A DNA stretch of 64,000 nucleotides from Auanema rhodensis. Its lineage: Eukaryota > Animalia > Nematoda. The position numbers were made by a program, and so were the translations under genes. The stretch is from assembly GCA_964057225.1 (NCBI GenBank), contig OZ059896.1, forward strand, positions 9,920,001 to 9,984,000, in the 5' to 3' direction. Shown in pieces: positions 28,901-39,991 of the stretch. Each line of letters opens with the position of its first letter. The first letter of the stretch is position 1. Below the pieces are notes generated by a model. It saw nothing but the letters and a program-made list of their open reading frames with translations, did not search any database and was not told the DNA's origin.

Positions 28901-29811
28901 ACCTGATGGAAGTGATGATAATGAGGAGGAAGAGCAACAACACAAACAGGACATTCGCTGAATTGGCTCTTTTGAATTCCCGTTGACAAGTTGACTCATA
29001 AGAAAGAAAACGACGGTAAAAGATTTGAGAATAACAAAAAGTTAAACTAATAATGTAAGTCTAATCAGACACATCTGGATACCAGAAAGACAATAGTATG
29101 TGAAAGAGAGAAGAAAGATTAAATAAGAAATGATAGTTCGATAGAATTCTGACTACATATCGGAGAATGAAACAATCTGAGAACATTCTCATAGCGTTTC
29201 GATTAAAGATGATATATAATTTAGAAAATGCACATTGAATGTTTTTTTTATTTGAATATTATATTAGTTTAGAAGAATATGAAAAAAAAAGCAAAAAGAA
29301 GTTCCAAAAATGCTATACATAGATAATTTTCAGAAAGTTAGATGCTATAACACTAGAAATAGCTCGTGAAATACTTCTTTCGCTCTCATCCTTCTCGTGA
29401 CAAATTTAGCTTCCAGAATAAAAAAAATGAAAGAATGTTTCAAAACAAGATCATAAAAAGAATTTGCTTGGTCACGAAGGCACAATGTAATTACTTGATA
29501 AGCAAATTTTGAGTTCAAATGAGTAAGAGGACAAAAAAAAGTTAAATATTAAATTATGGTAAAACATCCAAACTTTTCAAGATCAAGATATATTAATCAT
29601 ACTAATTATGCTTTTATGATAACTTTGAAATTGAAGAAATATGAATGAATAACAATATACCTCGTAGAAGTCGATGAATTTCAACAAGACTTCGAGCACA
29701 CTTTTCTAGAGCTGCCCTGGGAGACGACTTGACAACAGATTGCTCTTCGTTAGAGGTTTCATATGGTTCATCATCTTCCTCAGTCGAAGATCGCCGACGT
29801 GTATGAACCAT
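13464..29811 (-). CDS. STAC-like tandem-SH3 adaptor, long isoform
   Basis: Phase-consistent GT-AG exons 29811-29661, 26130-25991, 18924-18867 (least certain), 17839-17709, 17262-17184, 14985-14872, 14425-14309, 14034-13899, 13768-13645, 13577-13464. Contains IDPVYLALKQ (cf. STAC linker VDPVYExLR), SH3 LQLGERIRVVDNGDPDWLHG..FPATCV, and a second SH3-like RIQQNFF..MYRDQIVF..CPLSSL*. Confidence 0.75.
25890..25920. repeat. (CAT)n microsatellite
   Basis: Directly visible trinucleotide run. Confidence 0.85.
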
Positions 29812-32046
29812 AATTACTCAATTCACTGTGTTGAAGAGTTAGATGAAGATTTAGTAAGTAATACTAGAGAAATAGTTGAAATAGAACCGTTGATGAAGTA
29901 TTAGATACAACGCTATAGAAAGAAGCTTTACGCAACAGTTTGTTCGTTATTTAGTTTTTCTTTCTCGTCGTATAGAATGATGAAATCTGGGAAGAAGATT
30001 AGAATATGAGGCGAAGCTAGAAGGACTTCTTGCAGCAAGAAGATGAGACGTCTCAGAAATAGGAGCACGTGAATATCCTTGGTTTTAGAATTTTATCAAT
30101 CCTGCTCTTTTTCAATTTTTTTTTATAAATTGAAAGACCAAGAGATTGCAATATTCCAGAATAGCAGTGATTTCTGCAACTGCAAGGTTCCTTAGTTTCG
30201 TGAACAGCCTCACTGCTGTTTCGTCTTATTTCTTAAATCTCAACAGGCTTGTTGCTTCGTAAAGCGAAGGTGGAGTGAGGGTGGAGGACAACTGCTGTCA
30301 AGCTTTCCATACGCTTATTACTGACAACATACATTATCAGCCGTTCACAATTTCACATTTATGTTCTTTTGTTCTTTTCCTCATATTCTCCTTGATTTCA
30401 TATCTCTCTCTCATCATCTGCCTCATTTTTTAGATAACTCCCTCATCTTTTTTGCATCTTTCGGTTTCCATTTCTCTTTCTTTTCATGTGTTTCTCATTT
30501 AACTTATTGTCATTTCATTTATCCCACTCAGCACTCTCCAAATCACCTCAACGAAAAAACATTTTTTGCGACAGAAGAACGAAGTAAAGTAAAGAGAGAA
30601 GGGTTGTATATATTGTTTGGTTCAGTTAAACAAAATATTATAAAATACAACTATATGTTAGTTGAATGCTCTTCAAAAACTATACTATGAGATATATCTG
30701 ACTTCGTAACCTTCACACCTGACAACTGCCAGATGGGGCACACAGTTCAGAAGTTCAAAAAGTAACGAAAAGTTGCAAAGTGGCTTCAGTGATGGGCCTT
30801 GTTGTGACACTTCAATTATAAACAGTTCAAACATTCAAAACAAACGTACAATTTTGAAAACGAAAAAAAATAATAATTACGAGGTAAAATAGAATAGCAA
30901 CAGTATTTCTTTGAACTCAATGAATGTATCGTGTTATTAGGGAAGGAGAAAAACACATATTTTAAAAAAATATTATAAAAGGATAAATAAATGGACGAGT
31001 ACAGTCTTTCAGCGGTTCCTTATTCCGAGAAACAAATGTCAAAAATGGTCATTCATATGATGTTTTTGAACAATAATTTCTATAGCTATGAATTATAAAA
31101 AGATACAAAGATGTGTCATTATCTATTGATCCATTGATGAATAATTCTCTATAGTATACATACAATACATAGATCTTTATTTGCTTAAAATTATTATTTT
31201 TTTGACATCCATACTCGTTTTCACATTGCTTAGATAGCTTTTGTTAACATAAGCCTTTTTTAGATTTATCTGCATTTGTTACAAATAAATCTTTTTTTTT
31301 TCATCAACGTTATTGGCTCTTTCAAAATTGAAACATTGATATTAGATCTTTATTTATCTTCAATAGCACAATAGCAATTCATTTGTTATAAGATAATTGA
31401 AAATATCATACAATACATATGTATGATTAAAGAATAATTAATATTTTATAATTCTTAGAGTAACAGCTCTTTTTTACAAAAAAAAAACTTTAAGTCATTT
31501 GTACTCTTTCTTTACAAATGTTCTCTTGGTAGAGACATCCACATCGAAAGCTGGCCGCTATCATCACATCGTTGACAATTTCTGACAATGTTCTGTACTA
31601 AGACTAAGAAGACCCCTCTGGCCTCTTCTTGTCAATCATTGACCTCAGAACTATGTGGATATCGGATATACTTAGGTGCCGAATAGAAAAAATAAGAATA
31701 CGAAGTTTACAGCTTTCCATTGCACCAAATGTTTCTATAGGTCGTTGATGTTCGTAACTATATACATATAGTATAGTATATATATTATATATATATAGCA
31801 TTACATATGAAGTCAAATATCACAAATATGTAAACCTTAACCTTAACCTTATGCAACACTGAGCTGGTGATCAAAGTACTAAACTAACATATCTAAGACT
31901 CTAGAGCATCTGAATGATTCAATGTTTTGTAAAATTTGACATATATTTAATGAAAAATATAGCTTCATCTTTTATAGTTTTGATGTGTAATATAAAATCC
32001 AAGGATATAGGAATAATGTCTATTGGCTAAAGAGGGATATATATAG

Positions 32047-32089
32047 AGAGAGAGAAAAAGAAAAAAGAGAGAAAGAGGGAATGAGAAGA

Positions 32090-32143
<54 letters not shown>
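32047..32143. repeat. (GA)n-rich microsatellite
   Basis: Long GA run; source of the spurious SLSL ORF 32027..32278. Confidence 0.9.
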
Positions 32144-32147
<4 letters not shown>

Positions 32148-34164
32148 GGAGGAAAGAGCAAAGATATGTAACGCATATGTGTGTTCATAATATAAAGAGA
32201 ATCAAAGAATATAGAAAAGGAAGATGAGCATGAAATCAAATCCACATGGCTACAACTATGAAAATTAATTATATTCAATAAAATGTTAAAAAGATCAAAC
32301 TTTTAATACAAATCACGTCATAAATGACTACCTAACAATTATAAATAGATTGTAGTTATTAAATAAGACAAATATATCTTTTAGAATCAAAGTTTATAAA
32401 TAATTTCAATAAATGATTATGATTATAATACTTAAAATAAAATATATTCATCCTTTTCAATTTGTTTTGAAACCATTTTTATTTATAGAATATATTTAAA
32501 TCCTTTTGTATTTTAAGAGATTATCAATTTTCATTTCCGAATTGTATCATAAGATGAGCTTAGAGCATTTTTATAAAATAAACTTTTTTTGAAACTTTAT
32601 TCTTTCTCCATATGTTTTCCGACAAAAATTAAACGATTGATTAAATATAATATGAATTTATTGTTCTATTTACTGTGCAATTATAAGTGAAAACAAGAAA
32701 AATAAAAGATGTTATATTTTGAAGATCTATAGTTTTTTTCTAAATTCCATCAAAAATTAAACAACTGATATTTCTTCACATGCATGGAGATGATGAAAAA
32801 TACCGTTGTCGTAATTCTAATAAAAAAACCGGATTAAATGATGCAAAAGCTACTTCGTTATTAGATAATCTCATATATATCTATAATTCTCACATTGTAC
32901 TGAATAGCTAAACAAATTTCTCGGCAATGTTTTTCAACAATCTGAAGTAGTTTCTTTGACTTTAGTGACTGTCTTTGCTGAAAGAAAGAACAGCTGGGGG
33001 CAGTTCGTTCGATTAGCTTAATACAAAGACAAAGCTTCACACTTTGAAGGGAAAAGAGTCTTATCAAAGATATATATGAGCATTTCGCACTATTCATCGA
33101 CTATGTTAATTGGAAAGTTTTTCTAAACTTTGGAAAACAAAACATCATCATAAATAGAAAGTTTTTAAACATGTGAACCAAATATTTCATGATGTTATTA
33201 ATGTTGCCAATTCTAGTGGGAGAATAGTTCAATATCTCAATATTTTAGCCTAGAGATAGAATGCTAGAGAAACAACATAAGAGTCTTTGTATTTTTTATC
33301 GATTTAACGATAAAACATGTTTTTTCAGCAAAAAATAAATACGAAAGATAGGGAAGCTTTACAGCTTCAAAACCAAGGTAATCTTCCTTCCATACAACCA
33401 GAGATTTTCATGGATTTCTTAATTTCAAAACATAATTTCAACGATTTGAACTTAATTGCAGTGTTTGTATCAATGCAAAAAAGCTTTCACTATTCTTGTA
33501 GTTTTAGTTTCTATAGATTTCTTAATGATGAAGTTAGATCAATTACAAATAATTAGAAATAGAAGTATTATGTAAACTTGGATGAAAGAATAGTTAAAAG
33601 TAAAATATAACACAAGGATAAATAAAGAATTAATTCTTGTTTCCTAAAAGAGCATAATTTACATGAAAAAGTGAGATTATTGTAACTATTCTGAGAAATT
33701 TTGAGACAAATATTTGCAGAAAGTAGCTATCAGATAGCCGAAATTTATAAGAAGAAAACAAACCATCTAAGGCTATCCATTTTGAAATGGATTAAAAGAA
33801 AAGCTAATAAAATGTTGAAATCATGAAAGAAAGTTTTATAAATCTTTTCATGCTATTTTTATTTTGAATAATGGGCAACACAGAGGGATAAAATAGTTGA
33901 ATCAGAGAAAAAAATAGGTAAAACAGAAAAAATGTAGTGTATGAAATATTTTAAATTGTTATTAAAAGTATTTGTTATAATTCAGAAACGTTCCAGAAAG
34001 TTGACATACGTTGAATATTCAATAAGTGAAAAACTAAAATGATACATTTTTTTCCTAGTATATGAGCAGTTTTCTCAAGAGAAATTCAAGTACGAAAAAA
34101 AGGTAGTGAAAGCAAAGATCGCAATACGTTCGTAGAGGAATATACTTAATGGTTTCTGTGAGAG

Positions 34165-35356
34165 AAAATAAGAACCTAGTTAAGAAAATACATAATATTT
34201 CAGCTAAACGTGATGAAAAACTATTCATTCTTGTGTCTCAAGAAAATTTTCACAGTTGAACACAGCCGAACTGTGGTAATTAAGACATCAAAATGGTCAA
34301 AGTTCAGAAACTATTTGATAGTTGACAATAGAATATTTTATTTTTTATAATTATTAATGATTAATTATTTTATATATTTATTATTATTATTATTATTATA
34401 TAAATAATGGAATATAATTGTATTAATTTTATTAATAATGCTGTTGCTTGAAAAGCTCTGAAGTCCAGCTAATGATCAGTTGTATTCAAAATAAATAGTA
34501 TCCGAGGGTTTAGCCAATAAATACTGAGTCTCCACCCTCACTTATCAATCACTGATAAAGTAGCGATTTCATGACTTCGGCTGTCAGACCAATGACCAGT
34601 AGTAGGTCGCAGTTTTGCCGTCCACTTATAATTACACCGCTGTTCATTTAGTGCTCATATCCCATTTACTCGATCGTTTTTTGCTGCTCTCTCTACACTC
34701 ATCCTCTACATTACTTTCCTAATTAACTATTCTTTTTCTTCTCTATGTATATAATCCTTTGGCACCTTTATCTTTTTTCTCCCATATCTTTTCAGTTGTG
34801 GTTCTTCCACCACTCACATTTCTTTTTCGTTCACACGGGTCATTTTACGGATCCGAGTCTTACTACTTCCAGTTCAAACAAACGTATAAGATTATTTTTT
34901 CTTTCTTTAGTATATGTACATTTACCATTGTATTGTCATTGCCTTTCCTTATTAAATATTTTTTGATCATGTTGTACAACTATTTGAAAATATATCTTAT
35001 TTTGAAAAAGAGGTTATTAAAACTACACATAAAAGTAGTATAGAAATGAAGGATTATAATACCATTTTCAACATTTCAGTCATTTCAATACATTTTCATT
35101 CTCTGAAGTCACTATAAAGCCTCATTTAAATCACTTTTTTGAAAAAGTATGAAATGAGTCAATTTTTAAAAGCACTAAAAAGTGCTTATTTTCCATGATT
35201 TTTATGCATGTTCAACCAATTTTCTGTTGAGATGTTGATTTCAATTTTCATTTTCTATTTTCATGCCTAAATACTCGGAAATTGTGTCATTTTCACACTT
35301 TTTTGAAATTTCAAGGATGTCGATTTTAGAAAGAAAGTTGTAGTATCTCTGAAGAT
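34165..35356 (+). repeat. Left arm of ~1.19 kb inverted repeat (433 bp outer flank plus Maverick TIR from 34598)
   Basis: Reverse complement of 38761-39955. Differences seen: T35131 vs G38986, and (ATT)6 vs (ATT)7. Confidence 0.95.
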
Positions 35357-35407
35357 CTCTGAAGATAAAAATAATGTTCAATTTTACAATCTTTTATCTC
35401 ATTTTCG

Positions 35408-36183
35408 TCAGTCAGAACCGCAAAGCGAAGTATCCGGAGTAATTATTTGAAAAAGATCATCCAGAATTCGCTCTACGCGCATTAATGTTGCAGCTTCATC
35501 CTCGTTTGCCTCTGGACCTATAACACAAAACTAATCATTCATAATAAAACTAATCATTAAATAATTAAAGTCATTAATCAAAATGGAAAATATAAAAAAC
35601 ATTCTAAAAATATATTTAAAAAATACCGATATGAGTAACGTCAGCGAGAACTGAAGCAGCGTCGATCTGTCTATTCAGTCTCAACATGAAGGCGTCTCTC
35701 GAGGAACGCTAAACACAATATTTACTTATTAAATGATTATGTATACATTTTCGTATATTATATAATAGTCCATTATTATAATTTATTGTTAACGGAATAA
35801 TAAAAAGAAACATACTTGGTTAACTTCCAGAGTGAGAATTGTTGGATCGCGGTGACCCCGAACTAAATACAAATATTTTTGATAAGAACATTGTCTTTAC
35901 AGTTGTTATAAAAGAAAGCAAAAAGCTTAGAGGTTTTGCATACCTGATTGTCGCCCCAGTAAAACATTTATTTCCTCGATGTATTGCAAAATAGTGCTGC
36001 TGATGACATCCCATGTGTCCATATCCATTGCACCGTATCTAAGACATGTAATTAAATAATATAATAAAATAAAAATTAAAAGTAATTAGAAATCATATTC
36101 TCACCTTTCATTGAGATAAAGGCGGATCTCTCGATACTCCACTCTAGCCCAACGCGTTTGCGTGTCACTGCTGACCTTTTGCA
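35408..36183 (-). CDS. 5'-truncated five-exon cargo gene of unknown family inside the Maverick (~137 aa)
   Basis: Exons ~36183-36105, 36038-35944, 35862-35816, 35708-35627, 35517-35408. Four GT-AG AT-rich introns (66, 81, 107, 109 nt), all phase-compatible, no stop until TGA at 35408. Exons are visibly GC-richer than the introns. Confidence 0.8.
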
Positions 36184-36184
36184 G

Positions 36185-36953
36185 TTTGCATGGGTAGTAC
36201 CATTAAAAAAAAAGACAGGTAAAGAAACTGCAGATGCTTTGGAATCTATCTTTACAAAAAGTAAAAGAATACCAAAAAAGATGCAAACTGATAATGGTAA
36301 GGAATATTATAATAAAGAAATGAATAAACTTTTCAAAAAATTAGAAATTAATCACTTCTCAACTTATTCAGATAAGAAAGCTTCTATTATCAAAAGGTTT
36401 AATAGAACCTTGAAAGAAAAGATGTGGAAAATGTTTACTCATCAAGGAAATCATTAATGGACTCATCTTCGATGATTTACTCTGGGGTTATAATAATCAT
36501 TATCACACTTCAATAAAAATGACTCCAATAGAAGCTTCAAAAATAGAAAATGAAAGTATTGTCTACAATAATCTATTTCCCATAAAACATAATTTTGAGG
36601 AAATTCAAAAAAATTCTAAATTCAAAATAGGTGACACAGTCAGAATAACAAAATATAAAGCTATTTTTGACAAAGGTTATGTTCCGAATTGGATAACTGA
36701 GATGTTCAAAATTGCAAAAGTTCATATTGGTGAACCTGTGATGTACGAACTAAAAGATCTTGCAGATGAAGAAATCAAACGAAAGTTTTATGAAGAAGAA
36801 CTCACACTTTACAATAATATCAATGAAGAGTATAAAGTTGAGAAAGTGATAAAACATAGAAAATCTAATGGAGTAAAAGAAGTGTTTGTTAAGTGGTATG
36901 GATATCCGGAGAAATTTAACTCTTGGATAAAGGAAACGAATTTAAAGACATAA
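36185..36953 (+). pseudogene. Maverick retroviral-like integrase with C-terminal chromodomain, 5'-deleted and disabled
   Basis: FAWVVPLK, QTDNGKEY, ASIIKRFNRTLK (catalytic E appears as K). Stop at 36455, frameshift before DDLLWGYNNHYHTSIKMTP. Chromodomain YKVEKVI..VFVKWYGYPEKFNSWI. Confidence 0.93.
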
Positions 36954-37161
36954 GCATATCATACTCAATTATTAAAATAATGAAGTTTGATTTATCAAAT
37001 ACTGACAACCTTAACTCTATTTTCCTATTATCCTTGGCTTCAACAATATTTTCGCTTAAAATTAAGCAATAACATTTTTTTAAATAAAAATTTTTTCAAA
37101 CATTTTAAATACTTAGGTATAAATTTAAATATAATACTTCTAGGAAGCTTTTCACTTCTAG

Positions 37162-37905
37162 GAAGCTTTAGCTTACGCAATTAATGATTTCATCAAACCA
37201 AAGGTTCAAGGAGTCTCCGACTTCAGTGACTACAGTGTCAAAAATTATTACCCAGAAAGAAATAATAATCCTTTACTCCCCCAAAGTATAAGAGGATGTA
37301 TTATTGGAAAGAGTGGATGTGGAAAGACTAATTTACTTATGAATTCGCTATCAGAAGAATACCTTGATTATAATAATCTTTATATCTTTAGTACAACCTT
37401 ATTTCAGCCTTGTTATCAAGCTCTTATAAATGGTTTCGAAAATGGATTAAGTAAAAAAGAAATTAGAAAATGTTTTGGAAAACAAGACTTCATAATTGAA
37501 GAAAAGGAAAATCCCCAAAGAATTATTGAAGGGTATACATCTGACAAAATAGAAGATATTCCAGATCCTAGCTCAATTGATCCCAATAAGAAGACTCTAA
37601 TAATTTTTGATGATCTTTTATTAGAAAAAAAAATAAGATAGAACAATATTATACTAGAGGAAGACACTCTGGTGTAGATTGTTTGTACATTTCTCAAAAT
37701 TATATTAAGTTACCAAAGAATACAATTAGAGAAAATGCTAACTTCTTCATAATCTTTCAACAAGATAAGATGAATTTAGATTATATCTACAGGGATCATT
37801 GTAATTTCTTGAATTTACAAGAGAAGTTTGGTCTACGAAGTACAACTTTATAACAATTGATAAATCTAGTGATCTTGATGATGGAAGGTTTAGAAAATGT
37901 CTGAA
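37162..37905 (+). pseudogene. Maverick A32/FtsK-like DNA packaging ATPase, disabled
   Basis: Walker A IIGKSGCGKT (~37301-37330) and Walker B LIIFDD. Frameshift in the A-run at ~37625, then YYTRGRHSGVDCLYISQNY..LPKNTIRENAN. No in-frame ATG upstream of Walker A. Confidence 0.9.
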
Positions 37906-37996
37906 ATATTTTTTCATCATCTAACACTTCTAGGAAGTTTAGCTTACGCCTTATTTCAATTGTGACCATCTTTTCTAAAAGAAATCCTTAAAATTT

Positions 37997-38329
37997 TCAA
38001 TTTTGAATACTTTTTTGAATGTAAGCTATTTGTTCTTTTGGTATTCTTTTTTTAGTTACTTTAGAAATGTCTACCAATCCTCCAGATTTAGGAATTTTTG
38101 ATTCTACCAATCCTCCAGATTTAGGAATCTTCGATTCGAAATCATCATACTCCTTTTGGTTGCTCTGATTAGAATACGACTGGAATCTACCTTTAGTATC
38201 CCTGTTTTTATAACTTTCTGGAGTTTCAAAATTTCTAATATTTTTATTTAAATAATCTACACTACAACCAATTTCTCTGCAGAATTTTGTTTTCTTGATG
38301 TAAACATTGTAATGAATGATGGTATTCAC
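37997..38329 (-). CDS. Maverick-associated small basic ORF, possible HTH-like DNA-binding protein
   Basis: Open frame directly downstream of the protease. KTKFCREIGCSVDYLNKNI resembles an HTH. In-frame 33-bp duplication. No ATG, so possibly a fragment. Confidence 0.4.
   Translation of the reverse strand: MNTIIHYNVYIKKTKFCREIGCSVDYLNKNIRNFETPESYKNRDTKGRFQSYSNQSNQKEYDDFESKIPKSGGLVESKIPKSGGLVDISKVTKKRIPKEQIAYIQKSIQN
38071..38136. repeat. 33-bp tandem duplication (ESKIPKSGGLV x2)
   Basis: Units 38071-38103 and 38104-38136 differ at two synonymous positions. Confidence 0.9.
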
Positions 38330-38742
38330 ATTAGACCAATTACTGACTTTTGATAATCATAAGATTCTAATAATTTTAGAAAGAGTAGACAATAATAGCC
38401 ACAATGATGATTTCCGAATTCTTGAATTTGACATGTTGATAAAAGTATTCTATCTTTTTTATTTCTACTCTTGAGATATTGTTGAAGTTCTAGAGGAGGA
38501 TTTAATCCAAAAGAATCAAAATAATAAATATTTTCTTTGTTTTTAGAATAACAAACCCAATAAGTACCTTTATTATTAGAAGAATCTAGATTGAGAATAC
38601 CAATTTATTTTTCCTTAATTCCTTGTGGTGGCAAAGTGTCTCTCATAAAGACTCCTCTAAAATCCTAGATTCCCAATATTTCTGCTAATTCTATGAGTTC
38701 GAAGTTAGTAAGAGGTTTCAAAGTTTTATCTAGCTTCACCAT
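38326..38742 (-). pseudogene. Maverick adenain-like cysteine protease, disabled
   Basis: MVKLDK..FRGVFMRD.LP..ILNLDSSNNKGTYWV (catalytic H appears as Y)..YFDSFG..QIQ..CGYYC. Two in-frame stops. Confidence 0.9.
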
Positions 38743-38760
38743 TTATTGAGCTTATTTTTT

Positions 38761-39955
38761 ATCTTCAGAGATACTACAACTTTCTTTCTAAAATCGACAT
38801 CCTTGAAATTTCAAAAAAGTGTGAAAATGACACAATTTCCGAGTATTTAGGCATGAAAATAGAAAATGAAAATTGAAATCAACATCTCAACAGAAAATTG
38901 GTTGAACATGCATAAAAATCATGGAAAATAAGCACTTTTTAGTGCTTTTAAAAATTGACTCATTTCATACTTTTTCAAAAAAGTGGTTTAAATGAGGCTT
39001 TATAGTGACTTCAGAGAATGAAAATGTATTGAAATGACTGAAATGTTGAAAATGGTATTATAATCCTTCATTTCTATACTACTTTTATGTGTAGTTTTAA
39101 TAACCTCTTTTTCAAAATAAGATATATTTTCAAATAGTTGTACAACATGATCAAAAAATATTTAATAAGGAAAGGCAATGACAATACAATGGTAAATGTA
39201 CATATACTAAAGAAAGAAAAAATAATCTTATACGTTTGTTTGAACTGGAAGTAGTAAGACTCGGATCCGTAAAATGACCCGTGTGAACGAAAAAGAAATG
39301 TGAGTGGTGGAAGAACCACAACTGAAAAGATATGGGAGAAAAAAGATAAAGGTGCCAAAGGATTATATACATAGAGAAGAAAAAGAATAGTTAATTAGGA
39401 AAGTAATGTAGAGGATGAGTGTAGAGAGAGCAGCAAAAAACGATCGAGTAAATGGGATATGAGCACTAAATGAACAGCGGTGTAATTATAAGTGGACGGC
39501 AAAACTGCGACCTACTACTGGTCATTGGTCTGACAGCCGAAGTCATGAAATCGCTACTTTATCAGTGATTGATAAGTGAGGGTGGAGACTCAGTATTTAT
39601 TGGCTAAACCCTCGGATACTATTTATTTTGAATACAACTGATCATTAGCTGGACTTCAGAGCTTTTCAAGCAACAGCATTATTAATAAAATTAATACAAT
39701 TATATTCCATTATTTATATAATAATAATAATAATAATAATAAATATATAAAATAATTAATCATTAATAATTATAAAAAATAAAATATTCTATTGTCAACT
39801 ATCAAATAGTTTCTGAACTTTGACCATTTTGATGTCTTAATTACCACAGTTCGGCTGTGTTCAACTGTGAAAATTTTCTTGAGACACAAGAATGAATAGT
39901 TTTTCATCACGTTTAGCTGAAATATTATGTATTTTCTTAACTAGGTTCTTATTTT
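38761..39955 (-). repeat. Right arm of inverted repeat (TIR to 39519 plus 436 bp outer flank)
   Basis: Reverse complement of 34165-35356. Confidence 0.95.
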
Positions 39956-39991
39956 ATTTCTGCATTTGCAAGAATTGACTTAGTATTTCAG

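Larger units (their letters stand above)
34598..39519. mobile_element. Internally deleted non-autonomous Maverick/Polinton (~4.9 kb)
   Basis: Termini AGTAGTAG...CTACTACT (AGT-repeat ends typical of Polintons) and ~760 bp TIRs. Contains remnants of integrase+chromodomain, A32-like ATPase and adenain-like protease. No pPolB or capsid seen. Confidence 0.92.

Noticed and set aside
31833-31851. (AACCTT)3 telomere-like repeat
   Set aside because: Only three units and not the nematode TTAGGC repeat.
402-33556. Numerous 60-120 aa Phe/Ile/Leu-rich ORFs
   Set aside because: Expected by chance in AT-rich and microsatellite DNA; no domains or splice support, apart from the STAC exons.
34745-35043. Identical ORF pairs at 34745/34759 (+) and 39074/39151 (-)
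   Set aside because: Low-complexity frames inside the TIR, duplicated only because the TIR is; no recognisable protein.
34169-39951. TA target duplication / Tc1-mariner interpretation of the outer repeat ends
   Set aside because: TA is self-complementary and lies within the mirrored sequence, which continues 4 bp further; no transposase present.
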